Source: Tubiluchus corallicola
Taxonomy: Eukaryota > Animalia > Priapulida
Direction: 5' to 3'
DNA: 64,000 nt
NCBI GenBank assembly: GCA_030141605.1
Contig: JAQGDQ010000253.1
Coordinates: 13,618-77,617 of the forward strand
Notes under the pieces: model-generated
Database searches by the model: none
The model's input: only the letters and a program-made list of their open reading frames with translations
What the model was told of the DNA's origin: nothing
Shown here: positions 40,201-57,010 of the stretch, piece by piece
How the letters are laid out: each line of letters opens with the position of its first letter
How positions within the stretch are numbered: the first letter of the stretch is position 1
Program-made: the position numbers and the translations under genes

Positions 40201-43200
40201 TTATAGGACATCTATTTTGAAAACGAGCTTACCTCCTGAGTAAAAAATATACACTATACTACTAGTAGTTAGATTTTCTAAGTTTCAGCTGTTTGCCACT
40301 TTACATTAAACCCGCATTCCTCGGTCCCAGGCACTCAGCTTTAACAATTTGTGGCAAACATCGGCAAATAAATTTGTGTATGAATTTAAAAACAAGTGGA
40401 GCGTCATGAGAGGAAGCTGAAGATGTCTTATGTTTCAAACGGGGCATCAAATGCTACGAGATGAAATCACCTATAAAATAATTCTATTCAGCACATAATA
40501 ACTCGAATATCAGCAGAGAGTAGCTTAGATTGTTACGTTCTACAGGTAGCATTTATTATACATGCAGGGCCTAATCCATCGCTTCTACAAGTTCAGTTCA
40601 TACGGACGGCGCTGCTTTGAGCTCTACTTAGAGCTAGAGTCAGAGCTACCTTGTGCTGCCATCTATTGACAAAGCAAAAACATCAATTAGAGTTACTATT
40701 TTCTGTTGAAAACAGAGAAGTGCAAAAACTCATTATCACAAACAATTATTACGCTTTCCAGGGTTATTGCATTCCACACTATTGTATACATAATTACAAT
40801 AAATTGAAATCACCCATACACATTTTGTCATTTTAGAATAATTCTGTCAGCCTTTGCCTATTAGTATATTCTCTGCGGGAGGCAGCACAATGCAATAGCA
40901 AAAAGCAGTAAAGGAGGAGAACGGTGATAGGAAGGAAAAATAGAAGTGCTGACAAAAGGGGTAAAAAATTAGAGAGGAAAATTTGTGGTGGAGAAGGCGA
41001 TGATGAATTTTAGCAGCTAACTGCAAACGAAGAGAGAAGTGAAAAGGAAAAGGAGAGGAAAGGCAAGGCAAGGGAAGAAGACGAGGAGAATAATAATAAT
41101 AATAAACAACAAAAGTAAATAGGCTGAAAAGTAAAAAAACAAAAGCTGAAAAATCAGAAGGTAAGAAGGCAAATGTAAGTCAACACACCGGTAGCAAAGA
41201 CTATTTTACCAATCTAGGGAAAATGTACTACGTGCGTGATTGCATAACAATTTTTTACTTCGATTGTATCATTGCGCTGTCCGTCTACGTACTGCATAGC
41301 TCAATATTAAACTGAACTATTTGCAGCTGTGTGCTTTTCGCGTTTTGGCTGTTTTCCTAAAGTTTTCCTCATTTTAATCATTTTAGCTCTTGCACTTTTA
41401 CCTTAACCTTAAGATTGTACTTCAAAAACCCTTAACCTTAGTATAGTACTTCAAAAAGTTTTATCCACTGCATATTGCACCATAATTTTGTATGCGGTAA
41501 TTTTGATAGCAGATGATTTAATTTATTACAGGTCATCTATATCTTCAAGTGGGTTCTCGACGTTTAGTATTATAGCCGTTAGCATGTTTTGCAGGACATG
41601 TGAACTTCGTTCAGTCTATCTGGACCAAAACACCATATAGCATCAATTATGCTCATACTGTAATTACGTTTTAAATTGCCAAAATAAACACCTTTTCGTG
41701 AACAAAACCGTCCCAACAGTAGTTAACTGTGGGTAACGCCAGATTTCTGTGTGTAAGAAAACCGTAATCTGCGCGCCTAGAGTGAATGGAAACTCTTGTC
41801 TGCATTGTGACCATGGCGCCAGGCAGCAATTTTTTTCGCTGTGAAAATAATTCAAAACGATTTGTCTGTTTGGCAAGTGCTAAATGCAGCGTGTAATTTG
41901 TATTTTTCGTGAATTTTGCATCAAGAGTACTTTAGATATAACGAGACGCATTATTAATTTCCACGTGTGAAAGCTTTCTTAGAAATATAACTAACCAAGC
42001 ACATACTCGCCTCTCGCGTAGCTTGAGTACTATAGAATGGCGCCAGACAAACACAATTAAATGGAAATGAACTGTAAGCCAATGGACATGGTGACAATCT
42101 CTGTAAACAGTCTGGAATTCGTTTAGTAGAATAATTCACAACAATAATTCACAAAATTTCTTGTTTCGTTATAACTTGGGCAAAAACATTTACAATGATG
42201 TTTTAGTATTTATAATATGAAGCAACTTTCATTATTGATTCATGCATAATAATTACAGTGTATTAATCCTGAATTAGTAACCATAATTATCACGACTGGA
42301 GCTAAAACGATGTGTGCTAATAAATAATAATCAAAATTAATGTAATCGTACTTAAAAATCAAATACTAAAATCAAGTATTATTTACCAATGAAAATAAAA
42401 TATAAATGTGCTTCGTCATTGTTTTTATCTTTTAGTTTAAAGTATTTAACGGGGCGAAAACAGTGCAAAAACAGTTTATAATATAATAATAATAAAAATA
42501 ATAATAATAATAATCTTTATTTAAAAGTCGGCTTTTTGGATCAACAATTAACATAAGCTCTAAAGAGCTTTTGGACAGACTGTAAATAACAATCTACAAC
42601 TATATAACAGAGACAATTATTACCCCCAATTATTAACGTTTGAATGTTCGCATGCCTGATCTAACTAGAATCAAGTGAATTACAAATAGGACCTGTAAGT
42701 CATTTACTGCAGTTTCAAGAGACCGGATCTTTTTTCAAAGATTGTCTAGAAAAACTATAAAACAAATTAACAAGACAGGATTAATTCAGATCAAAATCCG
42801 CTAATATGACCATGTTTATCACTTAATGTGCCTGGTGCAACGTAGTTTAAAGAGAAAAAAGAAAAGGCAATTTTAAAGTATGCCTTAAAAAATTCCATAC
42901 AAAGTTATATTACTTTGCATTACTCTTAGCTGTTTGAAAGACTTATGTAACTAGAAAAAAATCTTTTTAATTTAAAATGTTCGGGCCAATTGGTAAAACG
43001 TCACTGACTCACCTTCCCAGTGTGCTCCACTGACTCAGCAAAAACACACCATTAATCTTATTGACAAGATAAGGTAATTTATACTTTTGCTTAGTTAATG
43101 CGTGCGACATATGTGCGTGCTACTTATTTTTCCAAACTTCAGGCAATGTTAGCTAAACTTGTTTCAAACGATCTACCATGAAAATGTTCTTGTGCTTTAA

Positions 43201-43834
43201 GTTTACCCATTTCAAAAACTGCAGATTATTGCTTTCATGTAAGACTGGTTTGTGCGCACTACGAACGTAACAACTGTTTAATTATCACTTGGCCATGCCT
43301 GGTACAGGACGGCTACTCTCGTGGACTGTGTAATTTGCCCTAATTTTTACATTTTTGTTCCTACCTCGGACTTTTGTACAACTTCCTAGCTTTCTTAACC
43401 AAACCATTGTCAACCTATGAGTTTTTAGATCCTCAATGGGAGCGGATAAAAATATATCGCTGTTGTAATTATGCATAAGGTGAAAATGCCGAACACTGAC
43501 ACTGCTGAAGTTCAGCAAATAAGAAAATGTGGCTACAACAAATTCTAAAAGTTGTTTTTCATGTTTTAACTGAATTCGCTTTTAAATTACCATAAGGCTT
43601 ATTATGAAAAATTCATTTGTATTTTTAGATTATCGCAAAAAATGCCAGTTCTTCGGATTGGACAACGATCAATCTGTACCAGTGCGATTTTATATTTCTT
43701 CAGTAACCCTTCATATACACTTCATAATTTTTAATCATTAGAAACAACTTTAAATACACATTGTTCTACGTACATCAATAGAACGTTTTTTCATTTACTG
43801 AAATGCGAATACGATCACCAACTGCACGGTTCCT

Positions 43835-44086
<252 letters not shown>

Positions 44087-44939
44087 GCTTAATCTGTTAA
44101 AAGTCATTCTTGTCTTTTACTTAAAATCCTAAATTTTTCGTTTAAAAAATGAATTTTGTTACAAAAATTCCTATCGATAAATTTCAATGCCAGCTTAATT
44201 ATCAGCTATATAGACTAACCTATGTGATAATAATAAGCTAAGTTAGACATTAGTATAACACTGAGAGTATATGCGAATATCATTTAAGGCTCCTCAAGCT
44301 GGTGTTCCACAAGCTGCGCTGACTCATCGTTACTGTCAATAATCCGGGAGTCGTAAAGTCTGCGTCACACGTGAAATTTCAAAAAGGTGAAACAGTGGAA
44401 GCGGAAAAGAATCATACACCGAGACAGACACCTTAAATCAATATTCATTACAATAACAGAATGAGAACAGAAAGGTTTGGTCTAATAATCGTCAATCGGT
44501 AGAAGTGAGTAGACCCATTATTATGCAGAGAAAGTCGCGACATGCTGCCTTATAAAGGCTTCAATACAGCTTTATAATACTCTAAAACAACAGGATATAA
44601 TTGCAGCTTTATTGTAAAACTGGCGTCAGCTCATGCCTTTTCAATTTTTCCATCCATGCAGCTTGTTCTAGCTGCCTCTTTCACTGCCAGTAATATGTGT
44701 AAAATGGCAAAGCAAAACGTTTAATCCCATACAGCCGATTAAACAACAAGCGAGATTGCAAGAAGAAGCCAGTTAGAAATGCTCCGTATCTAACTAATTT
44801 GTTTAGAGAATAAAGTTAGACAGTCATAAAACGTCTGACGCCAGTCCGTCCGATGAGTTTTCTATGCTCCCCGTTTCAATATCATATACGATTTGATTAC
44901 TTGTTATTGCCAAATGACTGCTCATTCTTCACTGTACAG

Positions 44940-45167
<228 letters not shown>

Positions 45168-46060
45168 ATTCTTCCTCTTTCTATTTTCTCCTTTTCTCCT
45201 TTCATTTCTCTTTTTGTTTCCTTTCTCTCCCTTTCCTTCCCTGTTTTACCACTGCATCGTAAATGTCAAAGAAGGAAAGAAAGAAAGGCATTCTAAAAAA
45301 GAAGTTCAAAAGAAAGAGGTGCAACTGGTTTGATCGTCTTATACCGACAAATTCTTACTCATTTGACTCCCGCTGTTCTCGGTAATTTGCTGGCTTCATC
45401 GCAGAAAAATTATAATGATTATAGTAATTCTACAGTTCTCTAGATGTTTACTCTACTACTCTACAACGGCAATCAGATCGTAAATTACTGCTATGCTCAA
45501 GGCGGCTCTAGAATTACAGCTCACCAAACTTGGCTTCCTGTATCTTTCAACTATAAATCAGCCCTCTCAACGTCAAAATTATGTTACAATATCAGTTTAT
45601 AAGGTAACAGTACATGTTAGTAATACAGGTTTATGATGAGTCAATAGTCAGTGTCGTTAATGCCGTGCTATTCATTACTGTACAATACTGTCATTACTGT
45701 TAATAATTTTTGCTAACTCCATCTCCGTCTGCTTCTGTCGAAACACTTGAATTGGTGCCACAGACCACTTAAGGGACTCTACAACATTGAAACCATGCCA
45801 GATGAAGTGAATACTGAACAGTGAAGCAATAAAGGAAAACGCTGACTCGAATGAGTAACAACAGTTTAGTTTATTATTCTCTGTGACTTGCTTTGCAGAA
45901 AACTAATAAACGAAGCATTATGTCCTTCCCGACTAAATTATACTAATGGATGTTTTGCTACAGAAATTACACACAAACGTAATGACCTACGTTGTTTACT
46001 GTCATCGACTTCAAGTCACGTCAAAAAATCTGGACAATCAAAATGCCTTGTGTAAGCAAC

Positions 46061-46188
<128 letters not shown>

Positions 46189-46438
46189 TCCGTAAAAATG
46201 CTTATACAGCCGAGAAAAGTATAATGGAGTATTTAAAAAAAATTGAGATATAAAGATTTATTGGCAAAGAAAAAAGGCACTACAACAGCTAGTGAGATGT
46301 ATAGATGGTCATAACAAAAACAAAAATACAAATTAATATATTAACAACTAGAACATATCACAAAATTTAAAATAGATTCTTCTAAAGACATAAATATTTA
46401 ATTTAAGCCTGACTTTAAGCAATAACAAAATATCTCAC

Positions 46439-46654
46439 CTCTGATGTTTCCTCCACTGTGTATTTTGTCACCTCTTCTTCGCTATCTTCTTTTATAGTAT
46501 CTTCGTCTTCCTCTCGAGATCCAACGTCGTCATCACAAACATCCGGTGGAACAATACCTAAGTCGCCCGAATTCAAATTTTCATGATTATAATCGAAAAC
46601 TGGATAGGTATCATCATCACAGGATTCCATGGGCCATCGAATTTCAGATAGCAT
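46439..46654 (-). CDS. Probable first coding exon encoding a 72-aa acidic N-terminus of an unidentified protein (phase 0)
   Basis: Non-repetitive, protein-like D/E-rich frame MLSEIRWPMESCDDD...EEVTKYTVEETSE ends exactly at donor GAG|GTGAGA, followed by an AT-rich intron-like tract. TATTTAAA and a CACGTG box lie ~60-75 nt upstream of the ATG. Confidence 0.6.
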
Positions 46655-49600
46655 AACTTTCTGCTTCTAAACTTATTGAATAAATCTCGCCAAATTAGAC
46701 CTTCAGTGGTCCTTTAAATAACACACGTGTAACAAACAATTATACTGAACGGGTGTACTTTTCTTATGATATCTCTCACTTGCAATAACACTTTTTGTTA
46801 GCACAAAGTCGAGACACTGTTTTGTTTATCGAACATTCGAAGACGATGACCTAGTAATTAGTTTTAGACGCCTTAATTTCATTTTTCGAGAAAGAGAGGC
46901 TTAATGTCTGGAGGTGTTATTTCGTACTTGGCTTTTGTTGGCTACAAAAACACCACACAACATTCAATTCAAGTATTATAATAATTATGCAATATTTTTA
47001 TTTCAGCGTGAAGAGGCGACATCTTGTTATCCCTATTTCATCCACTATTGTAAATCAAAGAATGCTTACTTTGGTGTAAAAGAGTCAGTAATTTTCTATT
47101 ATAGTCACTGATCAAGGTGTATATCTACTGTGGATCAATGGTACCGAGTCACATCGAAAGCTACGACGTACAATGTTCATTCAGTGAAAGTATCGATTCA
47201 CTGCAGCTAGTGTGAACGAAACATTTCGATAAAACCAATTTTAATTAACGACCTGTCAACCGTTGACAATTAATTATCATTAAAAATGTCGTTTTAACTG
47301 CGTGCTGAGCACTTCTTAACATCATGATGCTGATCACAAGCTGAATTAACCGAACATATTCGTCGAGGATTTCACCCATCACTGATTTCAGAACAGCGTT
47401 AAATGGATACGGACAAATCGTGTGTAATCACGCTTTCTGGAAACAGAAGCACTCGTTTGAATAAAGTTTACTATTATCAGTCAACATTGCATACTAGAAA
47501 AAAACTGGTAGACCTATACACGAATGTAGTAATAAGAATGCACTGTTCTCGAATGTTGTAATAAGAATACACTGTTCTCTCCTAATTTCTCTGCCGTGCG
47601 CACACTAAAATTAATGTACGCAACAAGAATTGTCACAGAGCCATTATGAATTTTCTTTTATTGCACCTCCTACTACTCATTTATTCTAATTGGTGCTAAC
47701 AGTACTGTACCACACACGTCCATTCATTAATCACTAGAAGATCATTACTGTTGCTTACAATTGCATCCGCTGAAATGCCTGCAATTATATGATACACTTT
47801 CACAGTTAATGCGCAATTGGTACTTGCTTTCCGTTTCTGATGATTCGTTCTGATGTAATCAACTAATCGTGTAGCGTTTACACCTATTCATTTGGCTGTC
47901 TTTATTATGAGCAATGTTTTTATCTTATCTGTATTAAACTTTACGAGAATACAATTGCCTGCTACAAACGATGAAACAAAATTTCGTCATTTAAAACTGG
48001 TTACATAGGAAATCTAACTGGATGGTACAGCATTAATGTAAAAACAGATAAATTATTACAATTGGTGATTCGTAACATCCAAGCTTTTGACTTTAAATTA
48101 AATTTTATAACCTTGTTGTATGGAACTGCTAATGTCTTCGGTACACTTCAACACTGTTCAGCTGGTATCCCAGCACTGAACGTCAGGGCCTACTTTTAAT
48201 TGATGTTTTTTGTAGAACCAGACCTTAACTCAATTTAAAGATGATCCCCGGAGTCTTATGGTGAAACGCGAGGTATTTTGGTACATTCGCATAATTTACC
48301 TCGCTTGGGTTTATCATTCTGGAGGTTGTCGGACAAATAGCTAGAGGTAGCATGGTCGACAGAACTGTCCATAAGCGACATTCCTGATGCCCATCCATTT
48401 AGTAAAAATTATGTTTAGATAATTATGACATGTGCATTCCCAAAAAAATTGATAATAGCACTACAGAAAATGTTTCTTTCTGCTATAACCTTACTGCTAA
48501 TAACTCAAACATGTTTGCACTCCACGAACACGTAATCCCAAGTCACAGTCATACTATGCAATTCTTAAGGTCAGATGACGCTACAACTCGCATCACTATT
48601 CTACAACAGTTTTTTAGAAGGTGGCTAATAATTTAAGCCCCTATGTGTCACAATCTGTTACTAAGCTTGACCAATGTATCATGAAGTTAGCAGCTATAAT
48701 TACCACACACACAGTAAAAGGCACAGTTGTATGACTGACACACATTCGTCAAAGGTTCCCTTTATTTGAGAAAGACTCGATTATCGTTACACTTCACACT
48801 GCACTAAGGATCCTTATAGAACATTCTGCACAGCACGCATCAAATTTAGTCTACCATGAATAAGATTTCTCTGCAGCAAATATCACTGTGTTTATTACGC
48901 TGGGCAACTTTTTATGCATTAAATAAGGAAATTATGTTTGCAAGGATAACAATTATAGCACAGTCTACCTCTGATAATGTCACGCCCGTTGTTGATGAAG
49001 ATTATTGTACTAAGCGTCTTTGAATCATTCTTGTATGCACCTTACACACACTTTAAGCCGATCCAGGAAATAAAATTATTCTGATGAATCGTAGTTTTTC
49101 CTGCAAAACAACAGAATGAGAAAAACTACTTGATTTGTATCCGCCTGGTAGAAGCACACGAAGAGATTACATGAACGTCATGCAGTTTGAAGTTGCGCAC
49201 GACTCACCACTCTCACGCAATGTCAATTTTCTGTACGCTGATGAATGGCTGAATGACTACATACTACAGCCTAAAAAAATCAGATCATTCAAGTCTTGCA
49301 TAAGTCATTTATTTCACGTTACACATTTACAATAGTTTCATGTACAATATCTAGTGAAAGGGCTTACAATGAACGTAATACAAATAAGAAATACTGTACA
49401 AGAAAAGCCTCACACACTGTTCACCCATGTACGAAAGTAAATGTGTTGCGGGAAATAAAAAAACAGGGCTTGTTAGATTGTACCACACAGTGATAGAAAA
49501 AAAGTAATGGAGATAATCTGAAAATTTAAAGTGAATCGTATGATAAACAAACATTAGTGCTTAAAATGGAATGATGTAATGAATGAAGCTCATATATGGG

Positions 49601-52187
49601 ATGATATAAAAGATAGAAAGACTATTATTTGCTAATAGTATGTTAAATTAAGATAACTTGATTAAGCTAACACCACTTGCAGTAACTACGCCAAAGCTAT
49701 GTAAGATTACAAAATTATTTTTTAATAAACAGTCATCTAAAAATTATAAACACGTGATATATAAGCATATTATTGTTTTCTTTCTTAATTTTATTTACTT
49801 TTTAGTCGTGGACAGTAATCTTTTTTCGGAACTGCTTTCACATCGAAGTATATACCGATAATACATGTAGTACGATTACAGTATTATTGTAAACAAACGT
49901 CATCTGCATTTTAACTCAATAATATCAGTCGTGTAGCTTATAAGATGCGCATGCGTTTAAAAAACATGAAATTAAATTTATTACAAAATATTAATAGTAA
50001 GAGATACATATATGTAACTTATAATCTTGTTAAGCTGATCAAAATATAAAAAAAAATTTAACAAATGTTTGCATATTTTGCATTCAACGTTTTTGATGTT
50101 GCATGAAGCTCCTCTTATATAAGCTGAAAGAGTATTCGAACCCACAGCCCCAGAATAATAAGCGTACACTAAGTCATGGCGTGCCTCAGGTTAACAATTA
50201 TCAAAAAATTATCGTAGTTACTTAGCTGACATGACTTTGTGGCCTTGTGACATGGTAATGAACATTTTGACACAGATATAATGATGCACTACATTTAAAC
50301 TACAGAACATCCAAATATGTTTAATATGCAGCAATTGTCATTTTATCTGTAAGAATAAATTACAGCAATAAGTTTTTAGCGAAAAACATAAGTTTAATGC
50401 AGGTAAATTACTAAATTAGGTTACGTGATTTTCGTCTATATTTATACAAAAAAAAAATAAAAGCGAAATAGCCCTAATTGTACAAAGCAGTTCAATAAAG
50501 ATAATTAGACACTTACATGTGGTCTCCCTGAGTTTTGGCGCTTATAACTTGCAAAAAAAGCAGTAGAAATCAATTGACAACATTCACATCATATCAACTT
50601 AAATTGCATACCAGGTAATGTCTACCTGGCCAATTACCTGGTCACATGACTGATGACAGTTAAAGGGGCAAGACTAAATTTAACGGGTAGGGAAACGTGT
50701 ATGTGCAATGAGGAACAAATGAGGCAACATTAGTCAAACATTTAAACATCATTATTGCTCCACAAAACAATTTTTCTCGGCCTTACCGTTTATTAACTTA
50801 AATTCATTAGCCAGATTCATGTGCCGACATGATTATCTCTGCCAAGATGGTCTACCTTTACATACGGATTAATGTAAAACTTATCAAATGTAGAACATTG
50901 CCTGTCTGTACATTATCGTGGCACAACTCAGGAAGGCTGTAAACGAAGCTTTTGTTTAAAGCAACAAATCTGCTAGCATTTTTAAGCGCACACATTGTCT
51001 GAGACTCACAATTTCATAAGCATGTTTGCTGCATTTTAAGTTCCATTTTCTTCGCCATCGTTAGAAAGTTATCAGTTAAAGTTCCGTGTTTTGTAAAAAG
51101 TCAAAAAGAATAAGTTAAGTAGATCAGGTAAAAATAGGATGACCTTGTCCTTTAACAAGATGGTTTATTGGCTAGACAGCCTGTTCAGTTGAGCGTATGA
51201 CCAATCACTTACTTTCTTGTAAAGGAGATCTATTACAGGTATGAGGTGGGACCCTTCCCAGAGCTAACTAGATGCGTGCTCATATATGTACACTCACAAT
51301 TTGCTTTATTATAATAGATAAATTCCCTTAATGAATAATTAGCTGATGACTCATTTCAATTAACATAAGTAATTAACTAAATTCGGCTAATAATTTGTAT
51401 TGAGTTATTTCGTACATTATTACGACAGTTTGTTCGTGTTCTGTCAGTTTAGCTTCGACAACACACAACGACCATAAAACTGTAATTATTTTATAAACCG
51501 GTGTGAATTCAGCCGCTTGTTCTACTTTTAATTTCAGTAGCGTTTCCTGCAACTAACAAATCTATAAAAGCAGTAATCAGACTAACAAACAAAAAACGTG
51601 GAGATATTGAACGTATAGTCAATAAGACCTTGCATTGGCATAACGAATTATTATTATTATAAGTCTTTTATTGAACAATGAATACATTGTTTCCCCTCTA
51701 TTTGCAGGGGTTCGTTTACAAAATATCAAGTTACAATAACAAGATTATACATAATGCCAATTTAGAATAAATTTTAAATACATACATAGTTTACACTATA
51801 ATATATGCAATATAACGATTAACTCAATACCTGTTTTTCTGTGAATATAATTTGAATTACTTTATAGCAATTTTTTCCGCACAACATCTCTAACAATATT
51901 TACATATGCCTGACATACATCTTTATCTCTGTTTAGATAAATCTCGTTTATGTTGGCTGAGGGCAGAACTTGTCTTATATTCATTCGAAATTGATGGTCT
52001 ACCAAAAGATGCATAACGAAGAAGACACGACGCGACTGTGACTACTACGGCGGCGACAAAGACAACGACGACAACGGCAACATTTCTGAGGAAATTTCGT
52101 TTCTGATTTCGTTTGTTTTCTATCGAGGTGTCGTTTGTCATTTGTGTACTGAATTATGTGGGCGTGTGTACGGCAATAACATATTAA

Positions 52188-52740
52188 AGGAAAAACCGGA
52201 CGATTGTGTAAACAGTTCAGAATAAAGAATGCTCTAAAATATTGAAAACTACAATAGCTTTTTTTATATCAAAGCTTAGATCAAATAATAATTACCTCGG
52301 ATACTCAAATTTTGTTAAACTTTCAAAGCTACGTGCGGCTCAGTGAATCTACTAAGACTGGCAATCGCGCCTTTTTGTCACATGCGCGTGGCCGACAAAT
52401 AGAAAGTGGTACCGTGATAATCATGATCATGAACTGCAGTGTTAGTTTCTGACATCATATGACGTAGAGCTTATTTTCGTGACAGCTCGCATTTAAGCAG
52501 TACTGTAACCTGTAACACTTACGCAAACGTGGCGTGCTTGACGTGCAAGAGAGATGCCTGCCATTGCACAAACTGTGGTTAGTTTCTGACGTAAGCAATA
52601 GCTGTGTTCGATTGCCGTTAATTAACTTTCTAAGCTAATTATTCAAATATAAAAAATGCTAACTTTTATAGGCAAGAAAATGTACACATTGGACAGTAAA
52701 CTAAACTGAGACTGAGTCTAAACAATCGTCCGGTTTTCCT
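52188..52740. mobile_element. Kolobok-type MITE with TTAA TSD
   Basis: TTAA|AGGAAAAACCGGACGATTGT ... ACAATCGTCCGGTTTTCCT|TTAA. The ~20-bp TIR is near perfect, with AG...CT termini and TTAA on both sides. Confidence 0.88.
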
Positions 52741-54504
52741 TTAAACAAATTCCTTTAAGTGTGCAGGCAAACTTAAAATTGTGACCGGAATAATCGATGA
52801 ACGTTTGTTGTTTAAGTAACGTCTTGGTCCTCGATATTTTGCCCAGTGTCCACTCTTAAACTACTCATATAACCTAATTTCAATGGAACAAACATTAGAT
52901 AAATCAGTCACCCGTTAAAATGCAGTAATCGACGTCCCCTACGATAAATATTACAGATTAAAATCTCTAAGAAATCGAAGATTAGCGAATAGAGATAAAG
53001 ACGCAGGATTGAAATTCACAGTAGTCACGGAGAACATCGTGATTTTGTTAAAATCAGTTTTAAGTTTCACGTCTTTACTTAGCCAATGCAGCAGGAGTCA
53101 AAGTTGTGGAGCGTCCGTCCATATTATGCGAAATAAGGGAGACCAATCAATAATCTGGACAGATTTTACATCGAATACGTGCTGTTATGGTAAACAGTTT
53201 AGAAGCAAATTTGAGTCAGAAGATTAATTTTCAGCAGAATTCCAATTGCGTATATGCCTAGAAGACTTACAAGCCAGCACACTTTTGGAATTAAATCCGA
53301 TAAAAACTTATGTTTTTCTATTGTATTAGTCTTGAGCTTCTTGCTTGAATTGACTAAAGCGTGAATGTCTGTTTTAAATGATCTCGCATGAAATCGAAAA
53401 TTTCGAAAAATGAGTTTATTAAAAGAAGCTGGATAGAAAACTACAAATTATACTGTTACTCAGTCCAGTTTCAGTGTGTCCTGGTCATTCATCGTCATCG
53501 AAAGTTGAAACCTGTCCAGTTATGAGAAGATTGACTCAATATAATTAATAAACATGAACAAGAAGTCAAAGACGCAGTTCACAGACTGCGAAGAGATCAG
53601 TCACAGATTTTAATAATTCATTATCCCGCCTGTCGTGACGCTAAAGTTGTCGCTGGGGTGTTTTGGGGAGAGCTAACAACCGACATTGGCAGGTTTATCA
53701 GACTGTTTTTGAAGTTGCGATGTTCATGTTAAACAGATGAAGTCAGTGGATGAAAACATGGTTTAACTTTGCAATCTGTATTTTAATCAAAATCATAGTC
53801 TCATAGTCAATCCACATATACAAGAAAATGGTAAACATAATCAACAGTAGTAAACAAAAGTTACAGTAAATCCATCAGCCAATATATCATGGCACCTGAG
53901 TCAAAAAGTTATTGTTTAAGCCTCTTGCTTTCTTTCTAATCTTGCTACCAAGTGTGAAAAACTACTACATTCACAGAGAAGCCCAGTAACCCAGTTCCAT
54001 ACAAATATATAGCAGTAGCAAGTACATACATATATTGGAAACTTCCAAGTGTACAAACAGATGTCAGCACTGACTTAGTGGTAACGAAAAACTAAAGTTT
54101 AAAACTACAAATCAAAATCATTATCATGCCTCTCCATTTTAATGTGTTTATTGTGTAGGCGTTTTGTACTGCCTCAAAGAGAGCGCCTAGGCATATATGA
54201 GCTATCTAGCCACATACGAAGTATTTATATCAAGTTCTATATTGACTACTTCTATCGATGGGCATGTACCAACCACTTATATTAATCAACTGTGGACTTC
54301 TGTATTGTCTTTTTTCAATTTCATTAATTTTAATCTCATTTATCTTGCAATTCAATTGTCATTTAATCTTTTGACTCGTAGTATCTATGCAACACCATCA
54401 TGTTGCGGTTAGAATGTACCACGATCCACTTGTCTTGTTTGCTGGATGCGATGCTACCTCACATGTGGGTGAGAGGGGTGCGAAATGTAATCGGCCGCCA
54501 TTGC

Positions 54505-54760
54505 AGTTTCTCATAACAATCTTTAGATTATCATAACAATGCTTAGATTCTCATAACAATGCTTAGTTTCTCATAACAATGTTTAGATTCTCATAACAAT
54601 GCTTAGTTTCTCATAACAATGTTTAGATTCTCATAACAATGCTTAGTTTCTCATAGCAATCTTTAGATTCTCATAACAATGCTTAGTTTCTCATAACAAT
54701 GCTTAGATTCTCATAACAATGCTTAGTTTCTCATAACAATCTTTAGATTCCCATAACAAT
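54505..54760. repeat. 20-bp minisatellite, 13 copies (TCATAACAAT-SYTTAGWTTC)
   Basis: A TCATAACAAT core (2 copies with single mismatches) recurs every 20 nt from 54511 to 54751. The GATTC and GTTTC variants alternate. Confidence 0.97.
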
Positions 54761-55739
54761 GGCATTAATCACACCCTGGTAAGCAGCCTCGAACCCGGAC
54801 CATGAGCCCAAACCTCCGTGCGGTTCCTGACACCGAGGAGCACACTTCATTAGTGAATTCTAGTCTGCTTGTATATAGGCTTCATACTCATCTTACCCAT
54901 GTTGTTACGTTTATAATAAACGGTTTCTATAAAACCATACTAACTAGTTTTTAGTTGGTGTTCACAGTTGTTAGACGTTGTGTCTTTTCAATTTTTAAAA
55001 TTCGTTCAGTCATACTTATTCTGACTTATACCATGCTTATCATGTCACTCAACAACAATAATATGGTCTCTGACGCATCTGCCTGTTAATTTTAAATAAT
55101 AGTAGTACTTTGATTTCGGGTATTTCAAATAATAATAACTATAATAACGGCGCACCAGTAATAGTGGTAATCTTAAAAAGAGAAAAATGAATTCTACTGG
55201 AAAGTGCTGCCCTCTGAGGCCAGCGTGCAGGTACCTCAACTTACCTGTCAAGTGATTTCATCTTTGGTGACTTTAGGTATGTCAACGATATGTTGGGTTT
55301 GGCCACATGTAATTTGTAGAACTTGTGTGTTGCTGAGTTAATTAAATTGTTTCCGGCAGTCTGCAGTTGCAATTGGTGTTTATTTTCAACTTGCTGTTAC
55401 AGTTGGTGGTGTTTTAATGTTGGGGCAATGATATGAGTTACTTTTGTTATTTAAAATTTTTTGCAGTTCTGATTAACTACTCGAATAAATTGTATTTGTG
55501 AAATGTGTTGCATTGTAGTGGTAGGTTATTGCTGTGTAGTGTTACTTTATGTAATTTATTTGTGTGGTACTTATGCTGAAGCAGTTTATTAATTTATTTA
55601 TACACATTTTTATTAATCCATAGTATAAACATTCGTGAATTATTATTTATCATAAAGCATATTGACGTTTTATATTAATATCTTTGCAAATGTGCCAATA
55701 AGTAGTCAAATAAAGGTCTGGTCGAGGAATATAGAGCAA

Positions 55740-57000
<1,261 letters not shown>

Positions 57001-57010
57001 ACCATTATTA

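Noticed and set aside
54505-54760. CRISPR-like regularly spaced repeats
   Set aside because: The intervening 10-mers are near-identical rather than unique spacers, the period is only 20 bp, there are no cas genes, and the context is eukaryotic.
54780-54850. Possible tRNA gene (GGTTCGA B-box on the minus strand)
   Set aside because: No A-box at a suitable distance and no cloverleaf could be folded.
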